Counted from the stretch's first letter, positions 1 to 15,080 are shown. The stretch is 64,000 nucleotides of DNA from Octopus vulgaris (GCA_951406725.2 OX597814.1:221216001-221280000), one strand, 5' to 3'. Numbers and translations: made by a program. The notes: a model not told the origin generated them from the sequence alone.

Positions 1-485
1 ACCAACTGCCTCGAACTTGTTGGCCTTGTGCCAAAATTTGAAACCGATAATTACAGAACAGACGTCCTCTCCGCTTTTTTGTATTGAGCAGAAATTTAGG
101 AGAAGAAATTTCATGCATTTATAGTACGAAACGCAAACTCATATCTCCCGGAGGGAAAATTGTTTTTAAATCGAATTGCTGCATAGAAGAGCTACCAACA
201 AGGAAAACACAAGCAAGAAAGGGCATGTTATCCGAATGTCAAGTGCAAGACGATCCTAACCGACCTGCTATTCACCACTACCCGAAAAGCAACGAAAGTT
301 TAGTTAATCTCGCTTATAAGGACACCATAAAGAGAAGGCTCTAAAGTAGAGAAGAGCGGGCGGGGAAATACGAATATAAAACGATGAGATATAATCTTAA
401 GTTCATACATATATCAACAGCACATCAAATATATATCTTATCTCGAGGGTTGAATAATTATGAATGTACCCATGACCATTAACGA

Positions 486-657
486 TTGACAGCAGTTGGA
501 GTATGTGTATGCATACACCCACACAAATGCACACGTAAATACGCACATACACACAGGCACACACACACACGTATATATGTGTGTGTGTGTGTGCATATAT
601 CAACGGGTATATTTATCTTCAATCTATACATATATACATACATGCATATCTGTATAC

Positions 658-722
<65 letters not shown>

Positions 723-907
723 CATAAGTGTATATATATGCATACATACACATATGTACATGTATACTGGGATATACATTCATTGAGAGACGACTATATA
801 ACTTTATAAATGGATTGTATTCACAGAACTTTATATAAGCAGCATATGCATATATTACCGTGTTTTATATATATTTGCACATATATGTATGTATGTATAT
901 ATACATG

Positions 908-949
<42 letters not shown>

Positions 950-1543
950 GCTCCTTTCCCTTTCCCTTTCTCTATACATATGTGTGTGTTTGTGCGTGAG
1001 TCTGTATACATACAGTCGTATAGAAATACACACATACAGACAGGCATACACACATACATACACATATGTACATATATACACCCATAACGTCGGTGATGGC
1101 TTAGCTGAACGCTCAGCGATGTAGGAGAAGAAGAAGAATGGAAAAGATGAAGAAGACTTTAGCTAATCTTTTAAAGGGACTATGTATTAATCGGTTTTTA
1201 TGAGCTGCAGTACGGAGTTTTAGACTTTTATCGAAAGCCTAAGCCTTATTCAGTAATTCCGTTTTGGAGTTTATTATCTATAACATATATAAATACACGA
1301 ACAACTCCACACACACACACACGCTGATATCACACACACAGCTACACACACACACTCATGCAGTTACACACGTGCACACAGCTACATATTCAAACACCCT
1401 CACACAGAGAAACATACACTTAGACTCATATGACACAAACATCTCACATACATATATTATTCATGTATACATTATGAATTAGTTAATGTTTAATTTGAAT
1501 ATACATATATACACACATATATACAGACATACATATGTACATA

Positions 1544-1616
<73 letters not shown>

Positions 1617-1784
1617 ATACATATATATACAATACAGATAAACCCAATATTATAACTATATATATATACACACATATATATATACACACACACACACATA
1701 TATATATATTTACATATTTACATACATACCAAACATGTATATATGTATATATATATATGTATATGTATATATATATATGTGTGT

Positions 1785-1817
<33 letters not shown>

Positions 1818-1896
1818 TATATATATATACACACACACACATATATATATATTTACATATTTACATACATACCAAACATGTAGATATATATATATG

Positions 1897-1989
<93 letters not shown>

Positions 1990-2120
1990 GTACATATACA
2001 CACACACATAATGAATATTTACATATATATGGTACTATATTATATTATATTGAGTACATGTATGTGTGAGTGTGTTTGTGTGTGTGTGTGTGTGTGCATG
2101 TGTGCGTGTGTGTGTGTGGT
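486..2120. repeat. Compound (CA)n/(TA)n/(TG)n microsatellite field
   Basis: Long dinucleotide tracts at about 540-770, 865-1080 and 1500-2120; these produce the [12 protein letters not shown] pseudo-ORFs. Confidence 0.95.
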
Positions 2121-4479
2121 TATATTTACCATTAGAAAGCACTTCTGTTCACATATCTACTCATGAATATATAATGAGATACTTATCCTTTTGTTGATAG
2201 ATGAAGGATTCTAAGACGGACACTAAATACTTCATTGAAAGCCTACACACATACAGGGAGGCGCATACTCTCTGTCTGTCTGTCTGTCTCTCTGTCTCTC
2301 TCTCTCTCTTTCACACACACATACACGCCTACGCGTGCGCTCATAAATAGACACAGAGACACACGCACGCGTGCACACATAAAGAAACGCACCATACGTA
2401 TTATATATATATACGCATATAAAAGCTTAGACACACTCTGCTGAAAATGTGTACCAAATGACTGAACCTGAGTTTTTCACTTCAGCTTGTTGGTATTTGC
2501 TCCTTCCAAGAGTCCATATTTCATTAAATGTTGACCTTCAATTAATTGCATGCCAACAGAATTTTAACTTTATAGCAGATTAATAAACAAACAAACAAAA
2601 AATGAAAAGGAAAACGTCTCACTGAAATAAGCGTAGTCAGCAATGTAAAAAAACATCTTAGGAATCTCTGCAACTGAATTTTGATGGAATCTACTTATGA
2701 ATGTGAAGGCCAGGATCTTGTGCGTACAAAAAAATCTTATACATCTCCTCCTCGTATCAAAAGTGGGAGACGATAACGACTTCACCAATTATTGTATCTT
2801 TTCATTTTCTGTCATCTTAAAAATTTAATGGAAATCATAGTCGACAATAATAAAATAGAAAGAACGGAACAAGGAAAAAAATAAACTTCTTCAAAAGCTT
2901 AGTATGTTACTCTTTGCCTAGCAACCTTAATGTAGCCACCAATAGGCTGGCTCTCTTAATGATTTCTCTCAAACCAGAAAGAATAAAAAGGAAAAAAAAA
3001 ACTGAGAGAAAAAAGCACACACAAAAGAAATTGATCTAACTCTCTTGGAAACGTCAGCAATTCCTTATATATATGTATATGTATATACCTTTTGTGTGCT
3101 TGTGCATGTTTGTGCGCACGTGTTTCGGTGCTTTTCACAAGAAACTAATCGGTTTTTAGTTGACTAAAGACTTAATGCATCCAGTTGGTTCGTTAGTTCC
3201 GAATAGGGGAAAGAAATAGAATATAAGAAAAAAGAAAACAATATTCACATTTGCTATAAACTACTTCTAGCCTTCGCTATCGTTAATACGAGTTCAACAA
3301 AAGAAGACTTGCAATTTCTTATTCGTTTAAAATCTCCCCTTCTTCAGCTCGTCTACGGCGAAGATATAGTTCTCTGTTAATTTCCAGATATCAGTGAAAG
3401 CATGAGAACGCGCAAACCAAGTGACAAACTACATGCATAGTATAGAAAATAACTTAAGGTATATGTTTGTAAGCAGTACAAAGTTTTAGCCATCACCGTT
3501 AAAATGGCTAAAATACTTTGTAACAAAAGTAAACAAACGTGAATTTTGTCTTCCTCTTGAAAGGAAAATAGCATTGAGTTAACGGGCTTCAATCCGATAT
3601 GGAATCTCTCCAGAGACCAGGAACCCACTTTTCTCCTTTCACGGAGTGCAATACAACTTAGCTATCTAAACCCACAAATACTAACTATATCGGTTGGACG
3701 AATTTACATAATTAATGCTTTCGTTGACTACGAGATCAACACAACACTTTGAAATTCACGTTAAGGTATTGATTTATAAAGTGTCAATAAAAATAACTGA
3801 AATATGCATTAAAGATGTACGTAAAGTGAAATGATTCCCAAGGAAATTCGAAATCACATTCCAAGATTTGTGCGTCGAAAGCAAAGAATGAAGCAGGCAA
3901 CAAATATATTTCTCCCTTGGGAGGGAGTCAGCTGATTGAATTAGACGGCATATTCATAGGTTTAATGCCATTGTTGTTATTGATCCCCAAATAGGCTTAT
4001 GATCAAAGTGAATAGGCTTATGATCAAAAATGCTTCAATTTCGATAATTCTGTCATTAATTTGCAGGTTATCTCTAGTCAGCATTAACCAAAGTATCCTT
4101 CTTTTTGAAAGGTGGTATAATATGATTCCAGTGAGAATTGGTTGCAATTTCTAGCCACTCAAACGACTAAGTTGGAACTTTCTCATCGACTTAAGGTTAG
4201 TGTCGTATGCGATGTCTGAGATATTGCTAAATACATGGTCGTTAAGCTGTGGCTTAGAGGCGAAATAGACAAAGCTGGTTTTCCAGTAGATTTTTACGAG
4301 CCGAGGAATCGTGTATGATGCGTGTGTATGTTTGTGCTTGTGTTTCTATAAATGCATAGATATTTACACATATATCCATCTATACGTTAATATACACACA
4401 CATACATCCATACAGACGTAAAGAATACTCACACACGCACACATACGTATACGTATGTATGTAGGTTCTACAAGTAGGT

Positions 4480-5990
4480 GCTTTTTTACCATTCTCCGAA
4501 GTGAAGGCAGCCTTGGCCAACAGGAGCTGGTGTCATCTATTATCCAACTACCATCAGCTGTTTCGGTACTGAACCATAACACCCTCCTGTAGGTGGGTCA
4601 GGAGAGGTGGCCAAATCATTGTTCCTCATCTCCGCCTGGTTTTCAGCTTAATAACGAACAATCTTCATCACCAACAAGTGGTTATTCATCTGCCTCTACC
4701 ATCTTGCGCATAGTTACACTATGCTCCTTTTTCTCTCATCCAAATGGCGGAATCGCTGTCCAATCCATCCTCCATATGAATTGGACAGGGAATCCTCTAC
4801 AGCCAACCACCCCTGAAAAAGCCATAACTGCCATCTCTTCTTGCAATGATGTAGAAGTTTCTTGTACTTAGCACGCTTCAATTCGTGGGATTGATAACAC
4901 CATCTTTCCCACGGGACTGTAAACTCAATCAAAATCATTTGCCTGGTCTTTTCAGACCAAAGAACCACATCTGGCCTCAGGGTTGTATGGACGTCCTGGA
5001 GACACTGCAGTCTCTCCTCCAAGTTCACTTTCATATCCCATGATTGGAATCCAAGTAGTAAGCTATAAGTCATTTTTGCTGTCCTTACTGGCCTCTTTCC
5101 TTATTTCATGAGTGTAATTGCTGCTGTTGTTTTCCCCAGATGTTTCTTGATATTTTCTTGCTTAAGGGTGTGGGCGAGTGTTGCAAGCACCCTATCATGG
5201 CGCCACTTGTGCCAGAAGTGATATTCTGAAACCTGACAAGATGTGTGTCAGCGTGCCTCTTTCTCCACAAATTCTCCACAACTGGTCTTCCCTCAAAACT
5301 TATCTGTGCAGGTTAGTTGGTGTTGAGATTGTATCATACACTGCCGGCAGCAGGAAGGAGATTCAGAAAGATTCCAGTCTCCACAAATCTGTCCATGTGA
5401 CCTTCCTCTTAGGAAGGTCCCATTTTGTCCATGCAGCCCGAGATACCAACCTCACAACTCATGACCTTTCTTCCTCTGGTTCCGTACGTCTTCCTGGATC
5501 ATGTCTCTCTTTTTTATGTTCACCATCTTCCGTTGTTGTAAATGGGAAGAACCTCGACACTGCCAAACTCTGCATATAATTCTAATGATGCTGCGTGGCT
5601 CCGGCATACATTCAGCTTGTGCGACTGTGGTGCAAGCAACCCACATTCGTACGGACCTTATTGTAATAGCTGCATGTCGAACAAGCTTATCCTGCGAGTC
5701 CCTGTACATCGTTATATTTTGTGACTTTGAACTCTTCCATTACGGATGACAGAGGCAGTTGTAGCTATCCAGATCTTCTGCACAGGCCTATTGAAGTGAC
5801 GCTCGAGTGGACACCTAACCACCTACGAAAGCATTTGTTTACCTTCCTCTCCACCTTTTTCCTGCTTGTCAATGGAATCTTATCTGTTGTCAATAAACAT
5901 ATGAGTCATGGAAGTAATCGTTGTTGGTAGAGCCATTCCCTGTATTTTCTTCGAAGCCCTGATCTTTCAATCCTTCTCAGTCACTCCTCT
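4480..5990 (-). mobile_element. Degenerate 5'-truncated RLE-type non-LTR retrotransposon (HERO/NeSL-like), C-terminal part
   Basis: ORF 4714-5073 has TTLRPDVVLWSEKTRQMILIEFTVPWE...AKY, a PD-(D/E)xK restriction-like endonuclease motif. Upstream minus-strand pieces resemble the post-RT region. Frameshifts and stops are present. Confidence 0.8.
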
Positions 5991-6699
5991 GCTTGATTTC
6001 AGTATTAGTAACATTGCTTTTGTTCGAGAGTAAATATATATACGTTCAGACAAACTTAGCAACACAAGCTAAGGAAACACACGTCAGTTTTATAGTATTG
6101 AACCATTTGTATTTGTACTAACACAAAGTTATAGCTAGCTGATCCAAGATGTTGAGAATTAGTCTTTAATCAATCTAGCTTTTATTCAGACTTCATTATT
6201 TTATGTGCCTCTTCTGGTTATGATACTTCAGTGTGATTTAGGGTTATCTGGCTGATATTTCTGACACATCAGGCAGCCAGAGAGGTGAACCCGTTGGCTC
6301 CTATTTTCTACTGATACATAACATTGATAGCAACACATTGCAAGTCATCGCCCTCTTGACTCGATCATGAGCACTCTGAAAATACTATATTATTGCTGTT
6401 GATTTTATCTGACAACACGCGATGCTAGTCTAAGTCTTCTTGTAGGTATGTGAATTATAATGTTTTTTCATCTATTTAATAGGTAGAATCCCCATTACCT
6501 TCTATGCAATATAAATCATTTAAATTATTTTTCAGTTGAAATATCGTCAGTGAAATATTAGACGCTATTATCGTGTAGAGCATAACCGAGTCTGCTGATA
6601 ACTGGTCTTGTAGCTTCATATTAACTAAAATTTAGTTTCTGTCAGTTTGAAGAGACGTGTTTTATAACGAACGCTGCTTTGTAGTTTATAATCCAAGTA

Positions 6700-8000
6700 T
6701 TTCCTAGTTATTTCAACATACATTCTTGAATTTGTTTTTGTAAGAATTTTTTTTACTTGAAAATGTTACTTAACAATAAAACTAAAACTGGCGTGGGCTA
6801 CAACTACTGTGTTTGTTTATTGGTAGTATGACCCTACCAATGTACAGCAAAATATATTATTTCAATTTTGTAACTTCGTTGGGTTTAGCAGAGTGTAATC
6901 CGCTGCTACCAATTGGGCGAAGCCATTTGCTTGAGAATAACTTCTTCCTCCCTCCAACCAGTCTCCGAAGCGCTTTAAAGATTACAGGTATTCCTTTCCT
7001 CCTGACTAGAATTTAAAAATAATTCACTAAGACTATTCTATATTCTACGGTAGTGAAGACGTCTCATAAAGCATCCCTGTACTACAGACGCCTAGAATTC
7101 GAACTATGTTTGTTACAACAGAGTAACTTAACACAGCTTTATTCCTTAAGGAGATATGTTCCTGGCAAGTCTAGCCTCGGTTTTATTGTTGGTTCGAAAA
7201 AAATCATAGTTTATAACAGTGATTAGCAATATAATCTATGTCCCTTTGCAAATTACACTAATCAGGTTTATTGTTTGCGGTCTTTTTCTTATTTTCCACT
7301 CATTTCATCTCTCATTTCATTTTGAATTTTCATTCTCTATTTCAGAAATTAACTTTGTTTCATTCTTCCAATATAAGTTTTTGGTTTATATTTTCTTATA
7401 TTTCTTAATTTTTCTCTATTTTTTGATGTTTTTTCTGAAAGAAAATATTAGTACCCCATAATCACTTCTCTTTACCCAATATAAATCCAAAAGACATTTT
7501 GGTTGTCGTGCCGTTACCCAGAAACAGTTTCGAAAGTGACATGCTTTTGTAGAACAAGACGTGACAGTTTGAGATAAACGGGATGAGAAAGGCATCAACG
7601 TCTCGACGATAACCTCCACCTCCTGCTCTTTTCTGAAAAATCGATTCTTTAGCCTTAAATCTAGCCAAAAGCAACCGATATATGTTATACGTGCCGTAAG
7701 ACTTGAATTAAATCCTTAGGCATCACTTACCAGGTTCAGATAAATAATCTTTTCTCACTGACAATAAGTTTCCTTTCCATTTATCCACGGGTGACATAAA
7801 ATAAGGACCAAAAATCTATCAAATCCCTTCAGCCATGTTATGTCCCTATTAAAAAAGTCTTTGCACCCGGGCAAAATTAGATCATTACATTACTTTTGCG
7901 AGGGGAATCGGTAGAGAAACTAAGAAAATGTCTTGCAGTGTTCAGTTGTAAACATCTACGTTTGGATTTCGGTATTATCGAATGATCTCATCTCCAAAGT
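6700..8000 (-). mobile_element. Highly decayed L1/Tx1-like LINE remnant (tentative)
   Basis: Minus-strand segment near 7600-7680 weakly resembles the W..R.LS..GRAEV region of the intact Tx1-like ORF at 62.2 kb. Boundaries uncertain. Confidence 0.3.
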
Positions 8001-8338
8001 CGATGACTTTGTACCTTATATTTAATTATATCCCTTTAAATCGATCCTACCGAGGTCGATTTTTACCCTTTGTCCTTTATGATACTTGGAGTAGACAAAA
8101 TACGAGGGTAGATTTAATAGTTTTTCCTTTCCACGACTATCATAGTCTGATGTGTGGAGAGTAAACAACGAGTTTTCGTCAACCGACGTAATTTAACTGG
8201 TATGTACTATGAATGCTCAGTTTCGTTTACCACTAATACTGCAGCTTGAACTGCAACTGAAAACTGTGGTGCTGAGATTGCTTATCGAAGGCGGCGAGAA
8301 ATGGTTTCTCCGATATCTTTCTTTCTTTCTTTCTTTTC

Positions 8339-8720
8339 TTTTACTTGTTTCAGTCGTGTGACAGTGGCCACGCTAGAGCACCGCCTTTAATCGAGCAAAT
8401 CGACCCCATGAATTATTCTTTGTAAGCCTGGTACTTATTCTATCGGTCTATTTTGCCGAACCGCTAAGTTACGGGGACTTAAACACACCAGCATCGGTTG
8501 TCAAGCGATGTTGGGGAGACAAACACACACACACACATATATATATATATACATATATATGACGGGCTTCTTTCAGTTTCCGTCTACTAAATCCACTCAC
8601 AAGGTTTTGGTCGGCCCGAGCCTATAGTAGAAGACACTTGCCCAAGTTGCCACGCAGTGGTACCGAACCTGGAACCATGTGGCTCGTAAGCAAGCTACTT
8701 ACTACACAGTCACTCCTACG
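8339..8720 (-). mobile_element. tRNA-derived CORE-type SINE, near full length (family A)
   Basis: Minus strand: tRNA-like head with A/B-box-like motifs, CORE-like cttgggcaagtgtctt, internal (TA)/(TG) microsatellite, and tail ggcggtgctctagcgtggcc...actgaaacaagtaaaag. Several related copies occur in the window. Confidence 0.85.
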
Positions 8721-9039
8721 CCGGTACTTTATTCTTTCTTTCTTTTTTTATATTAATTGCCCTTTTATTTCGACATCTGTTTTTTCAGACTGGAAAGATT
8801 AGAACGTCGGTCAAAATACCAACTTTTTACATTCTGACACGTGAAGGTCAACTTTGTTTCTGTGCTCGATAAAAAAAGGTATCATTCAAATAGTGGAGTC
8901 TAGTTAATCGACTGTTCCCTCTTTTCCCCCAAAATTTAGGCCTTATACCTGTGTAAGAAATCATTACTTCATTTTTGAAATTAATGTTTTTATAGATCTC
9001 TTTCCAACTCCTCCCGTCTTGTATTTAATTTATATTTAT

Positions 9040-9433
9040 TTATTTCCCAACGGGGGAGGGGGGTAAACACGGGGGATGGGGGGACAAACAAGGACAGACA
9101 AAGGGATTAAGTCGATTACATTGACCCCCAGTTCGTAAGGATGATAGGCAATGTCGACCACGTCGAATTTGAACTCAGAATGTAACGGCAGACGAAATTC
9201 CTATTTCTTCATTACCCACAAGGGGCTAAACACAGAGAGGACAAACAAGGATAGACAAACGGATCAAGTCGATTATATCGACGCCCAGTGCGTAACTGGT
9301 ACTTATTTAATCGACCCCGAAAGGATGAAAGGCAAAGTCGACCTCGGCGGAATTTGAACTCAGAATGTAACGGCAGACGAAATTCCGCTAAGCATTTCAC
9401 CCGGCGTGCTAACGATTCCGCCAGCTCGCCGCC
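9040..9433 (-). mobile_element. tRNA-derived SINE family B, head-to-tail dimer
   Basis: Full unit 9433-9202 (ggcggcgagctggc...gagttcaaattcc...cctttcatcctttcggggtcga...agaaata), followed by a headless second unit starting ggaatttcgtctgcc at 9201. Confidence 0.85.
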
Positions 9434-10231
9434 CTTTTTGTTTCGTTTATTATTGCTCAACTCTATTCTTATTTTACTTCCTCTTTCTTCATATTTTCAT
9501 ATGTTTTATTCTTTAGACTTATTATTCTATTCTTCCTACGATTTCATTTTTCCCTCATTTTTCGTTCATTATATCCCTTTCTTCTTTCTTTCCTCCATCT
9601 GCGTCTTCCTTTTCTTCTTTAATTTCACCACTTTCTCTACAATACTACCATCACTCTCCTCTTCTGTCTATTTTCCTCAACCTTCACCTTTCCTCTCCTC
9701 CTTCCACCTCTTCCTCTACAAATACTGCTGCTGTATCCATTTTTAAGCTAGCAACCGTTTATCATGGATTGTCGGTCTTTCGCTATTGAGTTTGACAATA
9801 ACAATACGATCTGCTTATTTTTAAGGCCTTCTGAAGAAGGAATTTAATGGATAATCATTTTAGCAATCACTAAGCTCTTTTATCAACAAATAGCTTCGAG
9901 CAAATCTTTTTAGATTCCTAACCATTGGCTAAGTAAATTACACTACTTGACATTATTTGCAGCAAACTGATTTCCATAGATTTGATATGAGGCCAATAAT
10001 ATCTGCGAGCTGGCGGGTATAATAGAATGGAACTACTGTCCAATATCTTACTGATACATATTTATTGATCTGGAAGGAATAAAGGTCACAAGTGGATTAG
10101 AACTCAAAACCTCTACATTAGTAATGATTTCTCTTGACGAGGCAGAATGCCAATGTGACAGAGTAGAATGTATAGTCAATCGACGTGGCTATACAAACAT
10201 ATATATACCCTAGTATATATATATCTATATT

Positions 10232-10303
<72 letters not shown>

Positions 10304-10619
10304 TGTGATTGTATGTGAATATATTGTGATTATGTATTATATTACAGTACCATTATATACTCTATGTATGTAGATTATAACATTTAATTATGGTAGCTAC
10401 TTTATGGTCTCTATTATGTTACAAGAATATATTTTATTGATCTGGAAGTCATGCAAATTAATGTTAACTCCAAGTAGTAGCAACACTATGGAATTAATGA
10501 GAATTTCATTGGCTTGCAGTTCAAATTATATATTACTCTCGAAGGGAATATTCACCTGTGATAGACTGGTTATCGTATCCGAAGAGAGATTTATTTCTAA
10601 TACAATTTACACGAAGTAA

Positions 10620-11300
10620 ACCGAAGTTATGTTTCGAGCCTTTTTGATACTTAAGATAGTGAATAATTAGCTTTTAGTGTAGCTTTGTATAATCTCATCT
10701 GTAATCACTGTGTATAGCTGTATGGAAGTCGGGGGAATTTCAAATACTTGGTTGTAATTATGTACGAACTAAAGAGAGATTCTGGCTTATCACTCTGTAA
10801 AATCAAGGTTTTACATATATTTACAATATTGTGATCGGACTAGTGTTGAACACGCTGAAGCCTTGTATGAGGTGAAAAACTAACAATTAGATGCCATATA
10901 TTTAGGATCGACATACTTTTTTTGAGTGGTTAGTAAAATCGATAGGATACCTTGAAGGTTTGCCATGTGAAAATTCGGTGATGTGAATTTGTCACCAACA
11001 CGAATTTGTGTCCAGCCAAGGCAATTAATCCATATTGTCACAAGGTCACTGAGCTCCATATAGCTACCATAGATTGTATATTGCGCAGGGCATTTGCAGT
11101 TAGTTTGTAGCTCGAACTTTAACTTAAGATGAGTTAAGAGCATAGCTGCAAAGATGGCAGGCCCTGATACATTTCCTTACACCACATAAAACTAAAGAAA
11201 ATGATGTCTTCGTTGGCGTCCTTACCATGAAATAATTTGCTTATTTTTCTTGACTAAAATTACCTTGCTCCAATACTTTCTCCTTAGCATAACCTAAGCA
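10620..11300 (-). mobile_element. Decayed LINE reverse-transcriptase remnant (tentative)
   Basis: Minus ORF has QIRVGDKFTSP followed by a QG.LS-like segment, resembling the region around the RT PQG motif. Heavily mutated. Confidence 0.35.
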
Positions 11301-12283
11301 CTGTCAAAACAAAGGACACACATATTCCTTCATTGTTGACTGGAAATAGAAAAGTAAGTGGAATAAGGAGTATATCGATCATCAGTTAAGAGATTTATTC
11401 ATTGGATATTTCGTTTTGATATTTTTTGTTCTACCAATGTAAAGAAAGTTGTCATGTATTATAGAACAACAATTATAAGCTGAAAACGTTCAATATTTAT
11501 CAACCATATTAACAGAATTTCTGAAGTTAAATTACTTCAGTGTAGAGTCAAAACTATACCGTGAAGTTGACACATCAAAATCCTAACCAATGCTAACGCT
11601 GCTTGCTTTAAAAATAACAAGTGGATTTTCCCTGTTCTTCTGCTAAAAACATGATTTTGTATCTTACTACTAAATTATATATTGGGCTCTCGTCGACTAT
11701 ATTTTGAAGAAGGGTAATTCAATATAGAGAAAAACCTGTTGGTCTGGACAACCAAGCAGTGATTAAATTGAGTCTTGACACGCAATAACCAACGAAATGA
11801 TTAGCGAATAAATTGAATGATTTTATTAAATAATGATGTGTCTTCAATGACATACTGTCATTTTTTAATATTTTATATATCACAACTTTAGTTAAAATTC
11901 TTCACTGACTTTGAAGAATATTAACGTAATACTAATTTAAAAGCCAAACGGAAGGCCTATAAAATTGTCTATCTGTAATATAACATCGCATAATATAATA
12001 TAGTATGATATAATATAATATATATGGTGTGACATGAAGTGACACGGTATGACATACACATGAAAGAACATGTGTATGTGTCGTAGTCAGCACGTTACTG
12101 AAAGCTGATGGTTAATACACTCGCCCAGTAAATAGTCAAGAGAAGTAAAGTTCGTTTCCTATTAGTGGCTTTGCCGTTATCTTGTTTGGTTGTAAATTTT
12201 TGCTTTAAAATATGCACTATTCAATACGTGTAAGTGGAGGATTTCGGAGGACAAAACAACTAGAATGCTCTAATCTGCTCTAG

Positions 12284-12333
<50 letters not shown>

Positions 12334-12413
12334 ATAATATAGTATAGACAGATAGACAGGTACATAATAAGACGCATCAAATAATCTCTCTGTGTATGTA
12401 TGTATGTATGTAT

Positions 12414-12459
<46 letters not shown>

Positions 12460-12559
12460 TGGTAAAAACGGTAAGATAACAAAAGAAAGAAAGAGACCTC
12501 AATATTATGTAAATAGAGGATTTTATCTTGAAAAATAATATGTGACAATTATTCGGTAG

Positions 12560-12626
12560 CCAAGATAAAACTCTGAGGTTCGGATGCCGAGGTGGAAATC
12601 CACACCAATAAGCTTCGGTTATCTGG
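12560..12626 (-). ncRNA. Degenerate hammerhead-ribozyme-like motif in a Penelope-like remnant
   Basis: Minus strand: ccagataa-CCGAAGC-[gtgga..tccac hairpin]-CGAAC-ctcagag-tt-ttatcttgg. Stem I is retained but the core is mutated relative to CUGANGA/GAAA. Confidence 0.4.
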
Positions 12627-12829
12627 CCATCTGAAAAACGCTATGAAAAAAGACCGTTATACAAAGGGAAATTACTTATACAAAAGCGCTAATTCGAATG
12701 AGCGCTAATTAAGATAAGGTTAAAACACGTAAGCGTGCCTGTTCATACGTATATGTATATATATGTATGTATATGTGTGTGCATATGTGTGTAGATATGT
12801 ATATACACATATGTAACTAGTCATGTCTT

Positions 12830-12960
12830 ATTTAACACAATTTCGAAAAGATATTACAACATTCGAACTGTAATATTGACAAATTCCTCCAAGAAATACT
12901 AGAAGACCCACTGGCACCAGCATGCATCTCGGCAAACAGTCCACTACTTGAGGGTGCTAT
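12830..12960 (+). mobile_element. CR1/L2-like LINE 3' fragment
   Basis: gacaaattcctccaagaaata translates to DKFLQEI, similar to the C-terminus of the LINE at about 34.0-34.1 kb. Confidence 0.45.
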
Positions 12961-14243
12961 GATGTCTTAAAATATGACTTAAACGACGACTGCAGGTGAT
13001 ACTATTAGGTTTGCCATGGCCTAGAACAATGATGCCAATCCTACGTTATCTAATTTTTAACTGTAATGTGTCTACGACTAAAATATGTTCATTATTCTAT
13101 CACCTATCATTTTAAAGAAAGGCTTAAAGACCAAAACACAAGATTTACTTCCGTTTCTTGAAAAATGTAGTCATCAAGATTATGGGAGATATAATTATTT
13201 CATTGTTAGAATTAGGTACGAAAATGTACAGTAGAAGTAACAATGTCAGTCTTCAGAATTTTGAAGAATATTGCTATTAACTACAATTACCATTGCATCT
13301 TCTCTCAATAAATTTAATAAGGATATTTTCTATTTTATTATCTTTTTTTATTTCAGTAAATGAAATATTATAAAACAAGTAAATAAACCAGCCAATGATT
13401 CAAAAGTGGTTATTTCCGATCATAATTTAATTGTTTGGTTATAATTTCATTTTGACTTCATTTAAAAATTTTTTCTTTAATTTCAAATTATATTTTGACA
13501 ATGATAAACGCCATGAAATTTTCAAGTAATAAAAATATTAAAAAATACACAAATAAGATAGAAAGTTATTGCTGTAATTCCAATGGAAGAAATTTTTTCG
13601 ACAGAAATTTCTTTTGTCTGTTTCTCCAAAATTAAAGTTAGTGTTACTAATACATGGAGCTGCGCTGCAGAAACTCTACTACATCACGCATTTATGCTGT
13701 ACGTTCTGGGTTCAAATATTATTTCAATATTATATATAATATATTATTATTGAATTACTATCGAAATATATTTCTTAGTCGCATTTTGTGAACAGTAGAG
13801 TAATTGGTGAATGATTTCTAACGGGATAACTGCGTGCTCGCAATGCTTAAATTGGTTAGAGTGACAAAGAATGCAACAGAACACCTCGGACAGAACAAAC
13901 AACACAGAAGTTAGTATTTTTTGAAAACTGAGGTTTATCGGTTTTCATGTCGATGTCTACATTTTCCGCTTATAGATATACACGAAATATAACACATCAC
14001 ACGTTTATTCACAGTTTCAGTGTCTCAAAATCCCCACAGAAGGATTTAATCAACTGGAGGTTATAGCAGAAATCACAGGGTCTATCTAACAGAACTTCAG
14101 GTCATATCAAATGCCTCCTTTACTGTCTCAGAGGCATAATAGCCAAAGTGATCATGTTTAGTCCCAAAGTGATCATGTTTAGTCTGGTATCGGTAGACTT
14201 ATCTTTTGTTTTTAGGCTTAATTTACTCCATATGACATCATCA

Positions 14244-14770
14244 TCAATATCTATAAAGCTGAAATGCGAAAAAGTTGTTTGATTTCTCTGTTATATGTCT
14301 CATTTGGGAATGGGAACGGTTTAAGCGGCGGTAGATGGGGTCGGATTGGCGCCAAAATTTACAGGGACATGTAAAAAGAGGCGAGGAAGCGACTGTACTA
14401 GGTTAGAAACCCCTACTTTAAAAGTTGTAGTTACTAGGGTAACAAAACCCAGACTTTGACAAGTGTTTGTCGTTTCTCTCTTTCGGATATTACCCTATCT
14501 TCCTCGATCTCTCTCTTTCCTTCCTTCCCTCCACGTTCACTCTATAACGAGGTTTGACACCTTCCACTCTCATTCCCTCTCCGCCTTCGCCGTCTCTTTG
14601 TCACTCTTTCCCCCATCACGTCTCTCACTGTACGTCTGTCTGTATCTATTTTGAAAGCGTTGACAGTCGCAAAAGTTTAAATATTCCCGTCACAGGTCTT
14701 TTAGAACGGTGAATTATTATCACCCACCACCACCGCACAATCATAACAGATATTATTAATCAGATATATT
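14244..14770 (+). mobile_element. Non-autonomous Helitron-like element, 5' part
   Basis: Starts TCAATATCTATAAAGCTGAA and shares about 120 bp with the copy at 14858. The 3' boundary is unclear. Confidence 0.5.
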
Positions 14771-14857
14771 GTGTTAATTTAAATATATGTGTGTGTATAT
14801 ATAAATATATATATAATGTATATACATATATATATATATATATCTGTATATATATAA

Positions 14858-15080
14858 TCAATATCTATAAAGCTGAAATGCGAAAAAGTTGTTTGATTTC
14901 TTAGTTGTCTCATTTTGGGATGGGAACGGTTTAAGTGGCGGTAGATGGGGTCGGATTGGCGCCAAAATTTACACTGGGGGTAAAATGGGGTGGGCAATGG
15001 TGTGATGAGGGTTGCAAGTCGCTCGGGGCTACCGTTTGGTTGCCATCACCACCAAAACCCGAGCGAATATATATAGCTAG
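14858..15080 (+). mobile_element. Non-autonomous Helitron-like element
   Basis: Same 5' TC start as the 14244 copy. Ends aaacccgagcgaa...gCTAG, matching the 3' end of the Helitron at 36910-37306, with the hairpin partly lost. Confidence 0.6.

Noticed and set aside
403-2166. Many [12 protein letters not shown] ORFs (also at 19-22, 34-36, 41, 43, 50, 52 and 57 kb)
   Set aside because: They are translations of dinucleotide and tetranucleotide microsatellites that lack stops in several frames; not genes.
9829-9902. CTGAAGAAG...CTTCGAG hammerhead-like string (and similar at 31960-32045 and 32570-32592)
   Set aside because: GAAA or the stems are missing or truncated; too degenerate to call.
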